NCBI GenBank assembly: GCA_950097015.1
Contig: CATNEN010000007.1
Coordinates: 12,958,001 to 13,022,000 of the forward strand
Length of the DNA stretch: 64,000 bases
From: Macrostomum hystrix
Lineage: Eukaryota; Animalia; Platyhelminthes
Direction: 5' to 3'
This document shows, one piece after another, positions 36,191-48,063 of this stretch (position 1 is the stretch's first letter; every line of letters starts with the position of its first letter). A model generated the notes under the pieces. That model saw nothing but the letters and a program-made list of their open reading frames with translations. It was not told the DNA's origin and searched no databases. Position numbers and translations under genes: made by a program.

Positions 36191-39100
36191 ATGGCGCTGT
36201 CAGATGCGGACTTCCAGAGTCTCCAGCAGCAGCTGGTGGACGCGAAGTCGGCTCTGTACCAGGCGCGCGAGGACGGGCTGAAGCTGAAGCAGGAACTGCT
36301 TGATCAGCGGTCTCGCTCAGTAGAGCTGGAGAGAGAGGCGGCGCGAGCCTCAGACTTGCTGGCTCGCAGCCGGCGGGCCAGAGAGCTCGAGCAGCTGATG
36401 GCTGACAATGAGAAGCTGCGCGTAAAGGTGCAGAACGCAGAGGAAGACTTCAAACTGCAGTACACAACCCTCATGACCGAGTACAGCGGTCTCCTGTCCG
36501 AGAACGAGCGGTTGCAGAGCCAGCTGGAGACCTACAAGGCCGCCAGCCGGCGCGCTGCTTCTACCGTTGATGTTGCTGACGGGGAAGTGACCGAGGCGGG
36601 CGACGCTGTGGGATTGCCGTCCGCGGTTGAGGCAGCGCCGGTGCACAGGTCCGGAGACTATCTGGACGAGAAAGTAGCAATTTTGCAGGTGATTTTCTCT
36701 CACTGGTCTTACAAGCAGTTTCGATTCTAAAACAGAGGTCCTTATTTAACCTCAGATGAAATTGGTATCTAAACTGCGAGGCAATAGCCTATTTTCTGGA
36801 TTGCCTGGCTGTGGTTTGGGCTCATTTTATGCTAGTATCTAGTCTAAGGCTTCTCTAAGGTGATGTTTCGTAATATCCTTTAATGCACTTCTGTCGGCCT
36901 GACAGGCGGAGGTGACAAAACTGTGCGAGGAGAAGTCGGCCATGCAGGTACAGCTATCAGCCGCAGCGGAGGAGCGGGCAGCGCTGCAGGCCGCCAAGAA
37001 GGAGCTGCTAAACCAGATCGGCGAGTTCCAGTTGGCCGCTGACGAGCTGCGGCGGGCCAACCAGCAGGCGGAGGCGGCAGTCGAGGGGGAGCGGGCAGCA
37101 AGCGCGGCGGCATTGGCCAAAGCGACTGAGACGGCTGATCGGCGTCTGGAACGGCAACGGCGAGAAGCCGACCTGGCGCTCGGCGAGCTCGAGCGGCGGC
37201 TGCGTGCCGAGGCTGTGGCTGCCAAACGGGGCTTGCAGGATCGCCTTGCCGAGTATGAGGCAAGGCTTGCGGTGGAGGACGAGCGAAGGCTGCGGGAGCT
37301 CGCGCAGGCGGCCGCAGCATCGGATGCGCGCGAGGCTGAGTTGGCAGAAAGGGCGAGCGCCGAAGCGGAGGAGCTGCGGGCAGTCAAGCAGATGGCTATT
37401 GAGGAGGCTGAGGCCGCCCGGTTAAATGCGGAGGCGGCCTCATCCGAAGTAGCAGAGCTGCGGCAGCAGCTGCAGGACAGCCGGCAGGATGTGCGCCTTG
37501 CTGAACGAAAGGTCGAGATGCACGTGCGGGACCTGCGCAAGCAGCTGGCGGCTGAGAAGCGGCGCTGCGCCCGCCTGCAGGAGAAGCTGCGTGACTCTCT
37601 GGCTGGCCAACAACCCGATGACCAGGGAATGCTGGCTGTAAGTTATCGCTCTGCCGATTTATATATTGTTATCGCTTGTTCATTACAAGGATTACTAAAG
37701 TAAAAGAACGTTGCACTCGCAAATCATGTAAATTTTATGACGGCAGATTTTTATAATGAATTATAAAGTCTAATTTTTTGTCCTTTGTGTAGCTCATACC
37801 TTCATCTATGTCTCATCTTCCTTCAATTCTATGTCTCTTTTTCCTCCAATTCTATTTCTCCTCTTCCTCCAATTCTATTTCTCCTCTTCCTCCAATTCCA
37901 TTTCTCCTCTTCCTCCAATTTTATTTCTCCTCTTCCTCCAATTCTATTTCTCCTCTTCCTCCAATTCTATTTCTCCTCTTCCTCCAATTCTATTTCTCCT
38001 CTTCCTCCAATTCTATTTCTCCTCTTCCTCCAATTATATTTCTCCTCTTCCTCCAATTCCATTTCTCCTCTTCCTCCAATTTTATTTCTCCTCTTCCTCC
38101 AATTCTATTTCTCCTCTTCCTCCAATTCTATTTCTCCTCTTCCTCCAATTCTATTTCTCCTCTTCCTCCAATTCTATTTCTCCTCTTCCTCCAATTCTAT
38201 TTCTCCTCTTCCTCCAATTCCATTTCTCCTCTTCCTCCAATTCTATTTCTCCTCTTCCTCCAATTCTATTTCTCCTCTTCCTTCAATTCTATTTCTCCTC
38301 TTCCTCCAATTCTATTTCTCCTCTTCCTCCAATTCTATTTCTCCTCTTCCTCCAATTCTATTTCTCCTCTTCCTCCAATTCTATTTCTCCTCTTCCTCCA
38401 ATTATATTTCTCCTCTTCCTTCAATTCTATTTCTCCTCTTCCTCCAATTCTATTTCTCCTCTTCCTCCAATTATATTTCTCCTCTTCCTCCAATTCCATT
38501 TCTCCTCTTCCTCCAATTTTATTTCTCCTCTTCCTCCAATTCTATTTCTCCTCTTCCTCCAATTCTATTTCTCCTCTTCCTCCAATTATATTTCTCCTCT
38601 TCCTCCAATTCTATTTCTCCTCTTCCCCCAATTCTATTTCTCCTCTTCCTCCAATTATATTTCTCCTCTTCCTCCAATTCTATTTCTCCTCTTCCCCCAA
38701 TTCTATTTCTCCTCTTCCTCCAATTCTATTTCTCCTCTTCCTCCAATTCTATTTCTCCTCTTCCTCCAATTTTATTTCTCCTCTTCCTCCAATTCTATTT
38801 CTCCTCTTCCTCCAATTTTATTTCTCCTCTTCCTCCAATTCCATTTCTCCTCTTCCTTCAATTCTATTTCTCCTCTTCCCCCAATTCTATTTCTCCTCTT
38901 CCTCCAATTATATTTCTCCTCTTCCTCCAATTCTATTTCTCCTCTTCCTCCAATTCTATTTCTCCTCTTCCTCCAATTATATTTCTCCTCTTCCTCCAAT
39001 TCTATTTCTCCTCTTCCTCCAATTCCATTTCTCCTCTTCCTCCAATTATATTTCTCCTCTTCCTCCAATTTTATTTCTCCTCTTCCCCCAATTCTATTTC

Positions 39101-41388
39101 TCCTCTTCCTCCAATTCTATTTCTCCTCTTCCTCCAATTCTATTTCTCCTCTTCCTCCAATTTTATTTCTCCTCTTCCTCCAATTATATTTCTCCTCTTC
39201 CTCCAATTATATTTCTCCTCTTCCTCCAATTCTATTTCTCCTCTTCCTCCAATTCTATTTCTCCTCTTCCTCCAATTCTATTTCTCCTCTTCCCCCAATT
39301 CTATTTCTTCTCTTCCTCCAATTCTATTTCTCCTCTTCCTCCAATTCTATTTCTCCTCTTCCCCCAATTCTATTTCTCCTCTTCCCCCAATTCTATTTTT
39401 CCTCTTCCCCCAATTCTATTTCTCCTCTTCCTCCAATTCTATTTCTCCTCTTCCTCCAATTCTATTTCTCCTCTTCCTCCAATTCTATTTCTCCTCTTCC
39501 TCCAATTCTATTTCTCCTCTTCCCCCAATTCTATTTCTCCTCTTCCTCCAATTCTATTTCTCCTCTTCCTCCAATTCTATTTCTCCTCTTCCCCCAATTC
39601 TATTTCTTCTCTTCCTCCAATTCTATTTCTCCTCTTCCTCCAATTCTATTTCTCCTCTTCCCCCAATTCTATTTCTCCTCTTCCCCCAATTCTATTTCTC
39701 CTCTTCCCCCAATTCTATTTCTCCTCTTCCTCCAATTCTATTTCTCCTCTTCCTCCAATTCTATTTCTCCTCTTCCTCCAATTCTATTTCTCCTCTTCCT
39801 CCAATTCTATTTCTCCTCTTCCTCCAATTATATTTCTCCTCTTCCTCCAATTCTATTTCTCCTCTTCCTCCAATTCTATTTCTCCTCTTCCTCCAATTCT
39901 ATTTCTCCTCTTCCTCCAATTCTATTTCTCCTCTTCCTCCAATTCTATTTCTCCTCTTCCTCCAATTCTATTTCTCCTCTTCCTCCAATTCTATTTCTCC
40001 TCTTCCTTCAATTCTATTTCTCCTCTTCCTCCAATTCTATTTCTTCTCTTCCTCCAATTCTTTTTCTCCTCTTCCTTCAATTCTATTTCTCCTCTTCCTC
40101 CAATTCTATTTCTCCTCTTCCTCCAATTCTATTTCTCCTCTTCCTCCAATTCTATTTCTCCTCTTCCTCCAATTCTATTTCTCCTCTTCCTCCAATTCTA
40201 TTTCTCCTCTTCCTCCAATTCTTTTTCTCCTCTTCCTCCAATTCTATTTCTCCTCTTCCTCCAATTCTATTTCTCCTCTTCCTCCAATTCTATTTCTCCT
40301 CTTCCTCCAATTCTATTTCTCCTCTTCCTCCAATTCTATTTCTCCTCTTCCTTCAATTCTATTTCTCCTCTTCCTCCAATTCTATTTCTCCTCTTCCTCC
40401 AATTCTATTTCTCCTCTTCCTCCAATTCTATTTCTCCTCTTCCTCCAATTCTATTTCTCCTCTTCCTCCAATTCTATTTCTCCTCTTCCCCCTTTCTATG
40501 AAACTGCAGGCCAAAGCCAGTGTTGGATTGTTCAATTAATAGTAGAAAGATAAAAATGCCACGATATTTCCCCCCTCGGGTAAAACCACGGAATATTTAA
40601 AATGCCTCAAATACTTTCAAATTCAAATACTTACTGCCTACTGCACAATAGCTCCCAAGCGAAATGACCGATTTTCGTGAAAGTTTCGTGAATTTTCCAC
40701 CCTTTATGATGAACTAGCTTTCAAAGCCGTTCGAGCCAGTATCTGTGAGATATTCAGCGAGTCTTGTCAAAGGCCCCGGTGGCAATTATCTTACAAACCA
40801 GCCATAAAGCTGCCATATCGCCCCTTCCACATTCAGCGCACCAGCCAGGTCAGTCCTGACGACAAGGCATCGAATCTTTCCTGGAACAGCGGCAGCTGTC
40901 TAGACACGGGTGGTGGCGGCGGCGTTGATTCCGAGCAGGACCAGCGCGACCTGCGGGATCTGATAGACCGCCTCACGCGGCTCCAGGCGCACAACTCGCA
41001 GCTGAGAGACCGCGTGGAGCTTCTGGAGACGGCCAACTCGGCCATGGCGGATGACTTGTTGCAGAAGAGCAGCCTAATAGATCGCTACTTGCAGACTGGG
41101 CGGCCCCCCGCAGGACCGGCCTCTCAGACCGGCTCTCCTGCCCACGCGTCCCACCGCGGCGGGCTGGGCAACTCGGCGGTGACCGCGGCGTCGCACCTGT
41201 CGTCGCGGATTTCTGCCAAGCTGGCAGAGCTGACCAAGCCACAGCAGGCCAGTGACTACCGGGACATGAACAAGAACCTCCGCGATATGCTGGAGGAGCT
41301 TCTCATGCGCAACATCCACCTGGAGGAGGCTGTGCAGCACCTGGCCAAGGAGCTGCAGGATGTCAAGACTGCCGCAGCCACGGCTTGA
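36191..41388 (+). CDS. GRIPAP1: GRIP1-associated protein 1 (GRASP-1), coiled-coil (3 exons, ~593 aa)
   Basis: Exons 36191-36688, 36906-37637, 40837-41388. N-terminus MALSDADFQSLQQQL...EEDFKLQYTTLMTEYS and C-terminus MADDLLQKSSLI...RDMNKNLRDMLEELLMRNIHL match GRIPAP1. Confidence 0.88.
37767..40781. mobile_element. Dispersed element carrying a 23-bp pyrimidine minisatellite (~115 units), copy 1
   Basis: Array ttcctccaattctatttctcctc at ~37840-40492, followed by a ~290-bp flank shared with 56140-56436. Confidence 0.75.
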
Positions 41389-42694
41389 CGGGCCCTCGCC
41401 TTCGCTGTTCCCTCTTGCCAGGCTGCGAGCGGCTGCTCTCCCTCCATCTTTACTCGTCTGATGCCTTAGCTCGTTCAGGGCAGCTTTGTCTCAGATAGTA
41501 GCAGCGGCTCACCAAGCTTGGCTTGTAAAATTCGGCCCGCCCTTCCATTTAGTCTGAACTGTACCTGTCACTCATCCAACTTCACCCCTCCTGTCATCTC
41601 CTTCAATTTTCTCATTCACTGTCCCGGATCTCTCAGTCGCATTGCCGTACTGTGACTGCACAGTCGCCTGTCAGTGCCAGCCCGCAGTCTGCACGCAGCT
41701 CTACTCTCCACTCACAGACGTCAAGCCAAAGAAGCCTTCTATTTGCGCAGCTAGAAAGTCCCGTATGATTATTTGTTAGTCGCAGTAGGTGGTGGTGTTC
41801 TTTGTACTCTTTACTCTTTACTCTTTGAGTTCTCATGTGTTATCTGCCAGACTGCCTGCACACTGTACAGAGTCCGCGATTTGCTTTCTGCGAACACCTC
41901 TTCCTCGACTTTCAGGTGGTAAACCGCTTCCAGCGCTAATGATGTCAATCAGGCCAGCCCTACTTCTGGCTCCGCACTTGTTTCGTTAGCTGTTAATTGT
42001 TTAGATGTACAAAGTATTGGCCCTGAATTCGCGTGACTTGATTTTGTGATACTTTAGCTTTCGTATTGAGGCTGATATGTGTACCTACAATGCCGGAATT
42101 CCAGTTTTTTGCTTTCATATCCAGAATGATTTGTATTATTAGATAGAAAACCGGCCCAGAGTACTGCTTCTGCCTCAGTCCTTCCGCCTGATGATTTCCA
42201 GAGCTAGCCGAAGTACATTCTGCGTTCCAGTAGTCAAATTAGCCATTCTTAATTGCACAGTCGGCATCAGTCGCGCATTGTTTAAACTACAACGGATTTC
42301 CTTTCTCAATCACTCTCGCCATGAGCATCTGATCGATTGCAGCCTTACTCTAGACTCATTTTTCCATGTGATTTCTGCGGTAGATTTTGGCACAATTAGA
42401 CGTTCTCTTTTGAACTAGCCGGCGCTCGTATTTGCCAATTCTCAATTAAAGCTTTAGTGCCGCTGTTCTTGACGGCCACCACCATCAGTTTGATGTCGCC
42501 GCCATTTGTACAATCGGTTGCAGTTCTTGATTTTACATCTCTGGGATCTGTCGCTTTGGCGTTTAATTGCTTTCAAAGGCCAGGAACAGGAAGGTCAGGC
42601 AGTTTCTTTAGTGGGTCAGATAATGTTGAAAGTGGGCCAAGCATAATTTAAGTTGAGTCAACCAGAGTTCAGGGTGCTTAGGCCAGGGCAGGCA

Positions 42695-42940
42695 GGCCAA
42701 GCCTACTGGAGCGTCGGACTCACGACTTTTAGGTAGAGGGTTCGATTCCAGAATCCATTGAACACTTGGTGTCCTTTAGCAAGACACTTAACTCTGAATT
42801 TCACCCAGCTGTTAAATGGGTGCCAGCATCAGCTGGGTAATTGAAGGGGGTGTGACTTCCCGCCAGTTCATGGACTGAACAGACGTACGCACATTTGGCC
42901 CGATTGGGGCAGGTGAAATCAGTTCTTTATTATTACTTAT
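42695..42940 (+). mobile_element. tRNA-derived SINE with CORE-like central domain
   Basis: B-box GGTTCGATTCC near 42738; gtgtcctttagcaagacacttaac and cacccagctgttaaatgggt resemble MIR/CORE motifs; short (TTA)n tail. Confidence 0.65.
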
Positions 42941-43009
42941 AAAGGTAAGCAAAACATTGTTTAAGGGTTCCTGCTTCAGAGTTCAAAGTGTAACATACCG
43001 TGTTTGTGG

Positions 43010-43446
43010 AGTCCTGCTTTAGTGTTCAAGGTAGGCCAGCAGCTTGAGTAGTGCTGCTTCATTGTTCAAGGTAGGCCATGCAGTTTGAGTAGTGCTGCTT
43101 CATTGTTCAAGGTAGGCCATGCAGTTTGAGTAGTGCTGCTTTAGTGTTCAAGATAGGCCATACAGTTTGAGTAGTGCTGCTTAAGTGTTCAGGGTAGGCC
43201 ATGCAGTTTGAGTAGTCCTGCTTCAGTGTTCAAGGTAGGCCAGCAGTTTGAGTAGTGCTGCTTTAGTGTTCAAGGTAGGCCATGCAGTTTGAGTAGTCCT
43301 GCTTCAGTGTTCAAGGTAGGCCAGCAGTTTGAGTAGTCCTGCTTTAGTGTTCAAGGTAGGCCATACAGTTTGAGTAGTGCTGCTTAAGTGTTCAGGGTAG
43401 GCCATGCAGTTTGAGTAGTCCTGCTTCAGTGTTCAGGGTGGGCCAG
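43010..43446. repeat. ~39-41-bp tandem repeat
   Basis: Unit gtgttcaaggtaggcca(t)gcagtttgagtagtgctgcttta. Confidence 0.92.
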
Positions 43447-44420
43447 TGCTCGAGGATAGTAAATGCAGGGTACGCATGGATGAAGTGAATCGGGAGATAA
43501 AGTGCGCATGCTCAGATCACATTGGTGCATTAGAGCCGCCACTGAAGCACGCAACGGTCTTATGCATAATCTTCGAGGCGAAGCCGGTCATGATAAACTA
43601 CATACAGCTGATGGCAGCATCCGTTCCAAGGGATTTGGCAAGCCCAATGTGTCAGCAACCGACTACCACTGATTTGCAGTTTGATCATACGAGTAGTTCC
43701 TAACTCATCAATGTAAATTTCTACCCTAATAGTTTGAACTTAGCGATATCCAAGCCTGCAAGGTTTATAGAACAGGTCCAAAATACCAAGAGGGCGTCTG
43801 ACAAAACTTGTGTAACGGGCTTCAGGAGCTTAAATGCGTAAAATTTCTCTAAAATCCAAACGAAGGATCGTCAGTACGCGCCGAGATTTCAACGACCGAA
43901 TCCGTGAAACCACACAAAACTTGTCAAAGCTATTTGTAAAATATGTCGATCGTCGCATAACTCAACTCTTTCAAGGAAGCATGAAACTGCAGTGAGTCCC
44001 GGTCAAGGTTGCGATGCGCGGGCAGAGGGCTATTGATTCCAATATTTGTCCAGCAAATTTTCTGCTTTACAGAATTACTCGGAATGGACTACTATAGCCC
44101 TATTGTTCTGAGCCCCCTGCTATTTTATCAAGGCCGGTTAGTAATTCTGAAGTAGCTGTGAATAATTGAGCGGGCAATCAGCGGATGTTGCCGATGCTGC
44201 TTTGGAGTGCGGGCGGGAGGTCATCAATTCCTCCTGAAATTTGCGCCTGAGTTTAACTATGGGCACCTGCTTTCACCATCAGTCACTGCGCACTGAATTC
44301 AATCCTGCTTAAGTCTCCATCGGGCATGAGGCGGACCGAGAGTACAGCTGTGAGGGTGAGACGTCTGGGCTCAATCAGGGTTGGCCAAGTGCTTAATGAA
44401 TTCTGGAGGCAAACAATAAT

Positions 44421-44457
44421 CTTGAGCTTGAGCTTGAGCTTGAGCTTGAGCTTGAGC
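44421..44457. repeat. (CTTGAG)n microsatellite
   Basis: Six perfect hexamer copies. Confidence 0.9.
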
Positions 44458-44570
44458 AAGCTGAAGGTGGACCAGCACGGAGGCGGCCGCTAGTCGGTGC
44501 AGCTGCCCCGACCTGCAATTGGTCCAATGAGAGAGCGGCTGCGCAGCTGATTTAACAGGCCCGAAGCTGC

Positions 44571-46481
44571 ATGGCAAGGCGAAGTGGAGAGCCCGAAATG
44601 GAGCTCCGGCAGGGAGGCGGCAGCGGTGACTGCCGCGCCAGCGACAGGCCGGCAGGGAGGCAGCGGCTGCTTACCATATTAAATACATTCGCAATGACAA
44701 CCAGTGCCCACGGCGTGATGAAGCTTGCGAGCCCGTTGTGGTTCGTGCAGGCGCTGTGGGGCGCCCTCATCCTCGGTGCCCTCATTGGCTTTCTTTACAA
44801 CACTTCGCTGCTGGTGCAGAAGTACTTGGCCCGGCCTATCAGCACGTCTATTACTAAGGACGGGATAGCATTCCAGTACCCTGACATCACCATCTGCAAC
44901 AGCCGCCTGCTGTCCGTCAGCCAGATGGCATTCAAGCCCGACAATTTATCCTTTAACGACACGGCTGCCGTGGCAGCAGCACGCTGGTCCTGGACTCCCG
45001 AGGCGACCATTTTCTTTGCCAGCCTCCGAAGCCTCAGAAGCCTCGCAGAGGTTTTCATGGCCTCTCTGACGCCAAAGTACGGCGCCGACCTCTACCGCTC
45101 TGCCTGGTTGTTGCAGCAGACCGACCAGATTTTGAATGAGTTGCCAGGCCTGGTCATGAGGGACACGCTGGGCACGGCAAGCATTCGCAAGTTCGCTCAG
45201 CCGGACCGCCTATTGCTTCTCAGCTGCCGCTATGGCGCTCAGCCGTGCGACCACGAGAGCTTCGGTCAGACCTCAGCCCAGCTGCACACGGTCTGTATGC
45301 TGATGCGTCGGGACCAATTCGTGGCCACGGTCGGCCTCGAGCCCGGCGATCGGACAGACTATCCACTCCGGATGCTCGCGTACACGGACTCGCACTTCTC
45401 TGGCTCCGGGGACCTGCAGGCGGACCTGCGCCTCGTAGCCGATCAGCTGTTCCTGCAGGGCCAGGAGGGTGGCATCGACGTTTTCGTTCATGAACCCGGC
45501 AGCCACCCGTACACCGGGCGCCGGCTGCATGTCTCCGTCGGCTTCCAAGCCACCATCACTCTAAGCTACCAAGAATTGCATGCAGTCAGCCGTGACCTTC
45601 GACCCTGCGTACAGACTCTCGGCAAGGAGATGGTCGAATATTGGACCCCGCTGGAGAACGGCACTCTCGCACTGCTCAGCTATCGCTTTACCAGAATGGA
45701 CTGCGTGTACGAACAGCTTCAGCTGCTCATGCGAGACGCCTGCGGTTGCTACTTGTTCGAGGTGCCGCTTTCTGGCCGGTTCTCACTTGCCGAGATCCCA
45801 TTCTGTTACAATCTCACCCACCTGCTCCTAGCAAATTCGCAGCCCGCTAGCTCAGTACCGGACCTACGGGCTCGCGTTGCGAACGGAACGGCCACAGAGG
45901 GAGAGACAATGAGCCTCCTCCAACTGGCTGGCAACTTTAACTGCACCTCCGCCAATTACAGTCGCCTCAAGCGCCAGGCAGAGGCTGCCTGCTTGCCGGC
46001 CTGCAAGTCGGCAGATCACGATGCGTGGGCGGAGCTGGAGACCTGGCCGACGTCTGACGGAGTGATCCTGGCTAGTGACATTCAACGATGGCTTGCGGCC
46101 AACACCTTCTACCGCAATGGTGAGCCACTGCTGAACATGAGCCTGCTGCGCCAGCTGAACCGTGGCCTCTTTGACGTCGCTACCCTAACTGAGTCCCGCG
46201 GCGCCGGCCTAGCCCGGCGGAACCTGGCTGCCCTGCTGTTGCGAGTTGCGGATGGTTCCGACCGGGCATTGTTGATTAAGGAGGCACTAGCTTTCGACCT
46301 TTCCGACCTTTTTAGCGGTCTGGGCGGCTTGCTAGGTCTCTACCTGGGCGTCAGTGTGCTAACCTTGTGTGAGCTGCTAGAGCTCAGCCTCCACCTGCTT
46401 TGCCTGCTGACCAGCTGGTTGTCTAGCCGCAGGGTCGTGCCGTCAAAGGAAGTGACAGGCAAAGAGGAAGAGTCCCGTTGA
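44571..46481 (+). CDS. DEG/ENaC (amiloride-sensitive sodium channel family) subunit, intronless CDS
   Basis: N-terminal TTSAHG motif, TM1, YPDITICN, cysteine-rich ectodomain (CLPACK), TM2 DLFSGLGGLLGLYLGVSVLTLCELLE with a GxS filter. Confidence 0.93.
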   Translation: MARRSGEPEMELRQGGGSGDCRASDRPAGRQRLLTILNTFAMTTSAHGVMKLASPLWFVQALWGALILGALIGFLYNTSLLVQKYLARPISTSITKDGIAFQYPDITICNSRLLSVSQMAFKPDNLSFNDTAAVAAARWSWTPEATIFFASLRSLRSLAEVFMASLTPKYGADLYRSAWLLQQTDQILNELPGLVMRDTLGTASIRKFAQPDRLLLLSCRYGAQPCDHESFGQTSAQLHTVCMLMRRDQFVATVGLEPGDRTDYPLRMLAYTDSHFSGSGDLQADLRLVADQLFLQGQEGGIDVFVHEPGSHPYTGRRLHVSVGFQATITLSYQELHAVSRDLRPCVQTLGKEMVEYWTPLENGTLALLSYRFTRMDCVYEQLQLLMRDACGCYLFEVPLSGRFSLAEIPFCYNLTHLLLANSQPASSVPDLRARVANGTATEGETMSLLQLAGNFNCTSANYSRLKRQAEAACLPACKSADHDAWAELETWPTSDGVILASDIQRWLAANTFYRNGEPLLNMSLLRQLNRGLFDVATLTESRGAGLARRNLAALLLRVADGSDRALLIKEALAFDLSDLFSGLGGLLGLYLGVSVLTLCELLELSLHLLCLLTSWLSSRRVVPSKEVTGKEEESR

Positions 46482-47116
46482 TTTGATGGGGCACATGGCT
46501 CTGATTTCGATTTCATTTTTCTATGGTGTGTTTGGCAACGGTGTCTGTTTTAACTGCCTTTACTCGGATTTAACACTGTGAACTTGCGAAAAGTTACCTA
46601 AACTCTAGAAATCGGAAAGAATCTTTTACCAAGCCACTCTTTTTGTTATTAGCTTAGTTAAGTTAAGTTTATAGATGCTTTGATAGCCTCAAAACTTTGC
46701 TCATTTTTATGTTCCCCAGTTCCTCCCTCCACTTCACACCTCTTCAGTCGCTTGCAAGTATGTTTCTATTTTTGTTGCTATATGGAAGCAAACAAGGCTG
46801 GGTGGAAGCAGCGGAGGGAAGAATATGGAGCTCCATTTCCTGCCGTGCACCTGTGCAGTGCAGTCTTTGATCCAGACTGCATGGTATTTGAAGTTTCCGA
46901 CCGCAAGTTTTCTCTTCACTCGTTCGGGTTGTGAATTATTCATCTAAGCTCGGTCATGGAGATCTGAATCTAGAAACTGGGGAGACAACTCCCGCCTGAC
47001 CTGCATTTTCGGACCAGTATGGGCTAACTGGCTGGCCCAAAAATACACTAAGCAGATAGGAAATTCTGATTCACCACTTGGAGAAAAACACCGAAGTTCC
47101 GTATCGTGCAACAGAT

Positions 47117-47811
47117 TTTCTAACAGTTTGCTTCATAAGAAAGCGCTGAATAAATTCTCTATATTATTGTTGAAGCTTGTGTGTCCACCTGTTTTAGCTT
47201 GTGAGCTGTGCTTAAATTCTAACAGTTTGCTTCATAAGAAAGCGCTGAATAAATTCTCTAAATTATTGTTGAAGCTCGTGTGTCCACCTGTTTTAGCTTG
47301 TGAGCTGTGCTTAAATTCTAACAGTTTGCTTCATAAGAAAGCGCTGAATAAATTCTCTATATTATTGTTGAAGCTTGTGTGTCCACCTGTTTTAGCTTGT
47401 GAGCTGTGCTTAAATTCTAACAGTTTGCTTCATAAGAAACCGCTGAATAAATTCTCTATATTATTGTTGAAGCTTGTGTGTCCACCTGTTTTAGCTTGTG
47501 AGCTGTGCTTAAATTCTAACAGTTTGCTTCATAAGAAACCGCTGAATAAATTCTCTATATTATTGTTGAAGCTTGTGTGTCCACCTGTTTTAGCTTGTGA
47601 GCTGTGCTTAAATTCTAACAGTTTGCTTCATAAGAAACCGCTGAATAAATTCTCTATATTATTGTTGAAGCTTGTGTGTCCACCTGTTTTAGCTTGTGAG
47701 CTGTGCTTAAATTCTAACAGTTTGCTTCATAAGAAACCGCTGAATAAATTCTCTATATTATTGTTGAAGCTTGTGTGTCCACCTGTTTTAGCTTGTGAGC
47801 TGTGCTTAAAT
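47117..47811. repeat. 99-bp tandem repeat, 7 copies
   Basis: Near-identical units ttctaacagtttgcttcataagaaa...gtgagctgtgcttaaa. Confidence 0.97.
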
Positions 47812-48063
47812 AAAGTTTAAGGAAGACGAAAATTGTCAAATTGTGAAAACTTCAATAGTTATTCAATAGTTAACTCAATTAAATAAATTCCGTACGTGCA
47901 TAATTATAAATGGAGTCAAGTCGAATTAAAGTGAAATTCTTGTGTAGATAAGGACAGGTGGGTCAAGAACTTTCAACGAATCAGTCAGTGCAAGCTGACA
48001 GGACAGCAGAAGAAAAAAGTTCGCGTTGCATTTGAATGAACGTCAGAAAGAGTAAAAAGAAAA

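Noticed and set aside
37785-40553. ~900-aa ORFs in three frames (also 55238-56202, 11084-12173, 26241-27289, 29334-29831)
   Set aside because: Artefacts of stop-free minisatellite units, mostly inside introns.
47128-47820. 230-aa ORF of 33-aa Leu/Cys repeats
   Set aside because: No ATG start and near-identical 99-bp units with no synonymous-variation pattern. Best explained as a non-coding tandem repeat.
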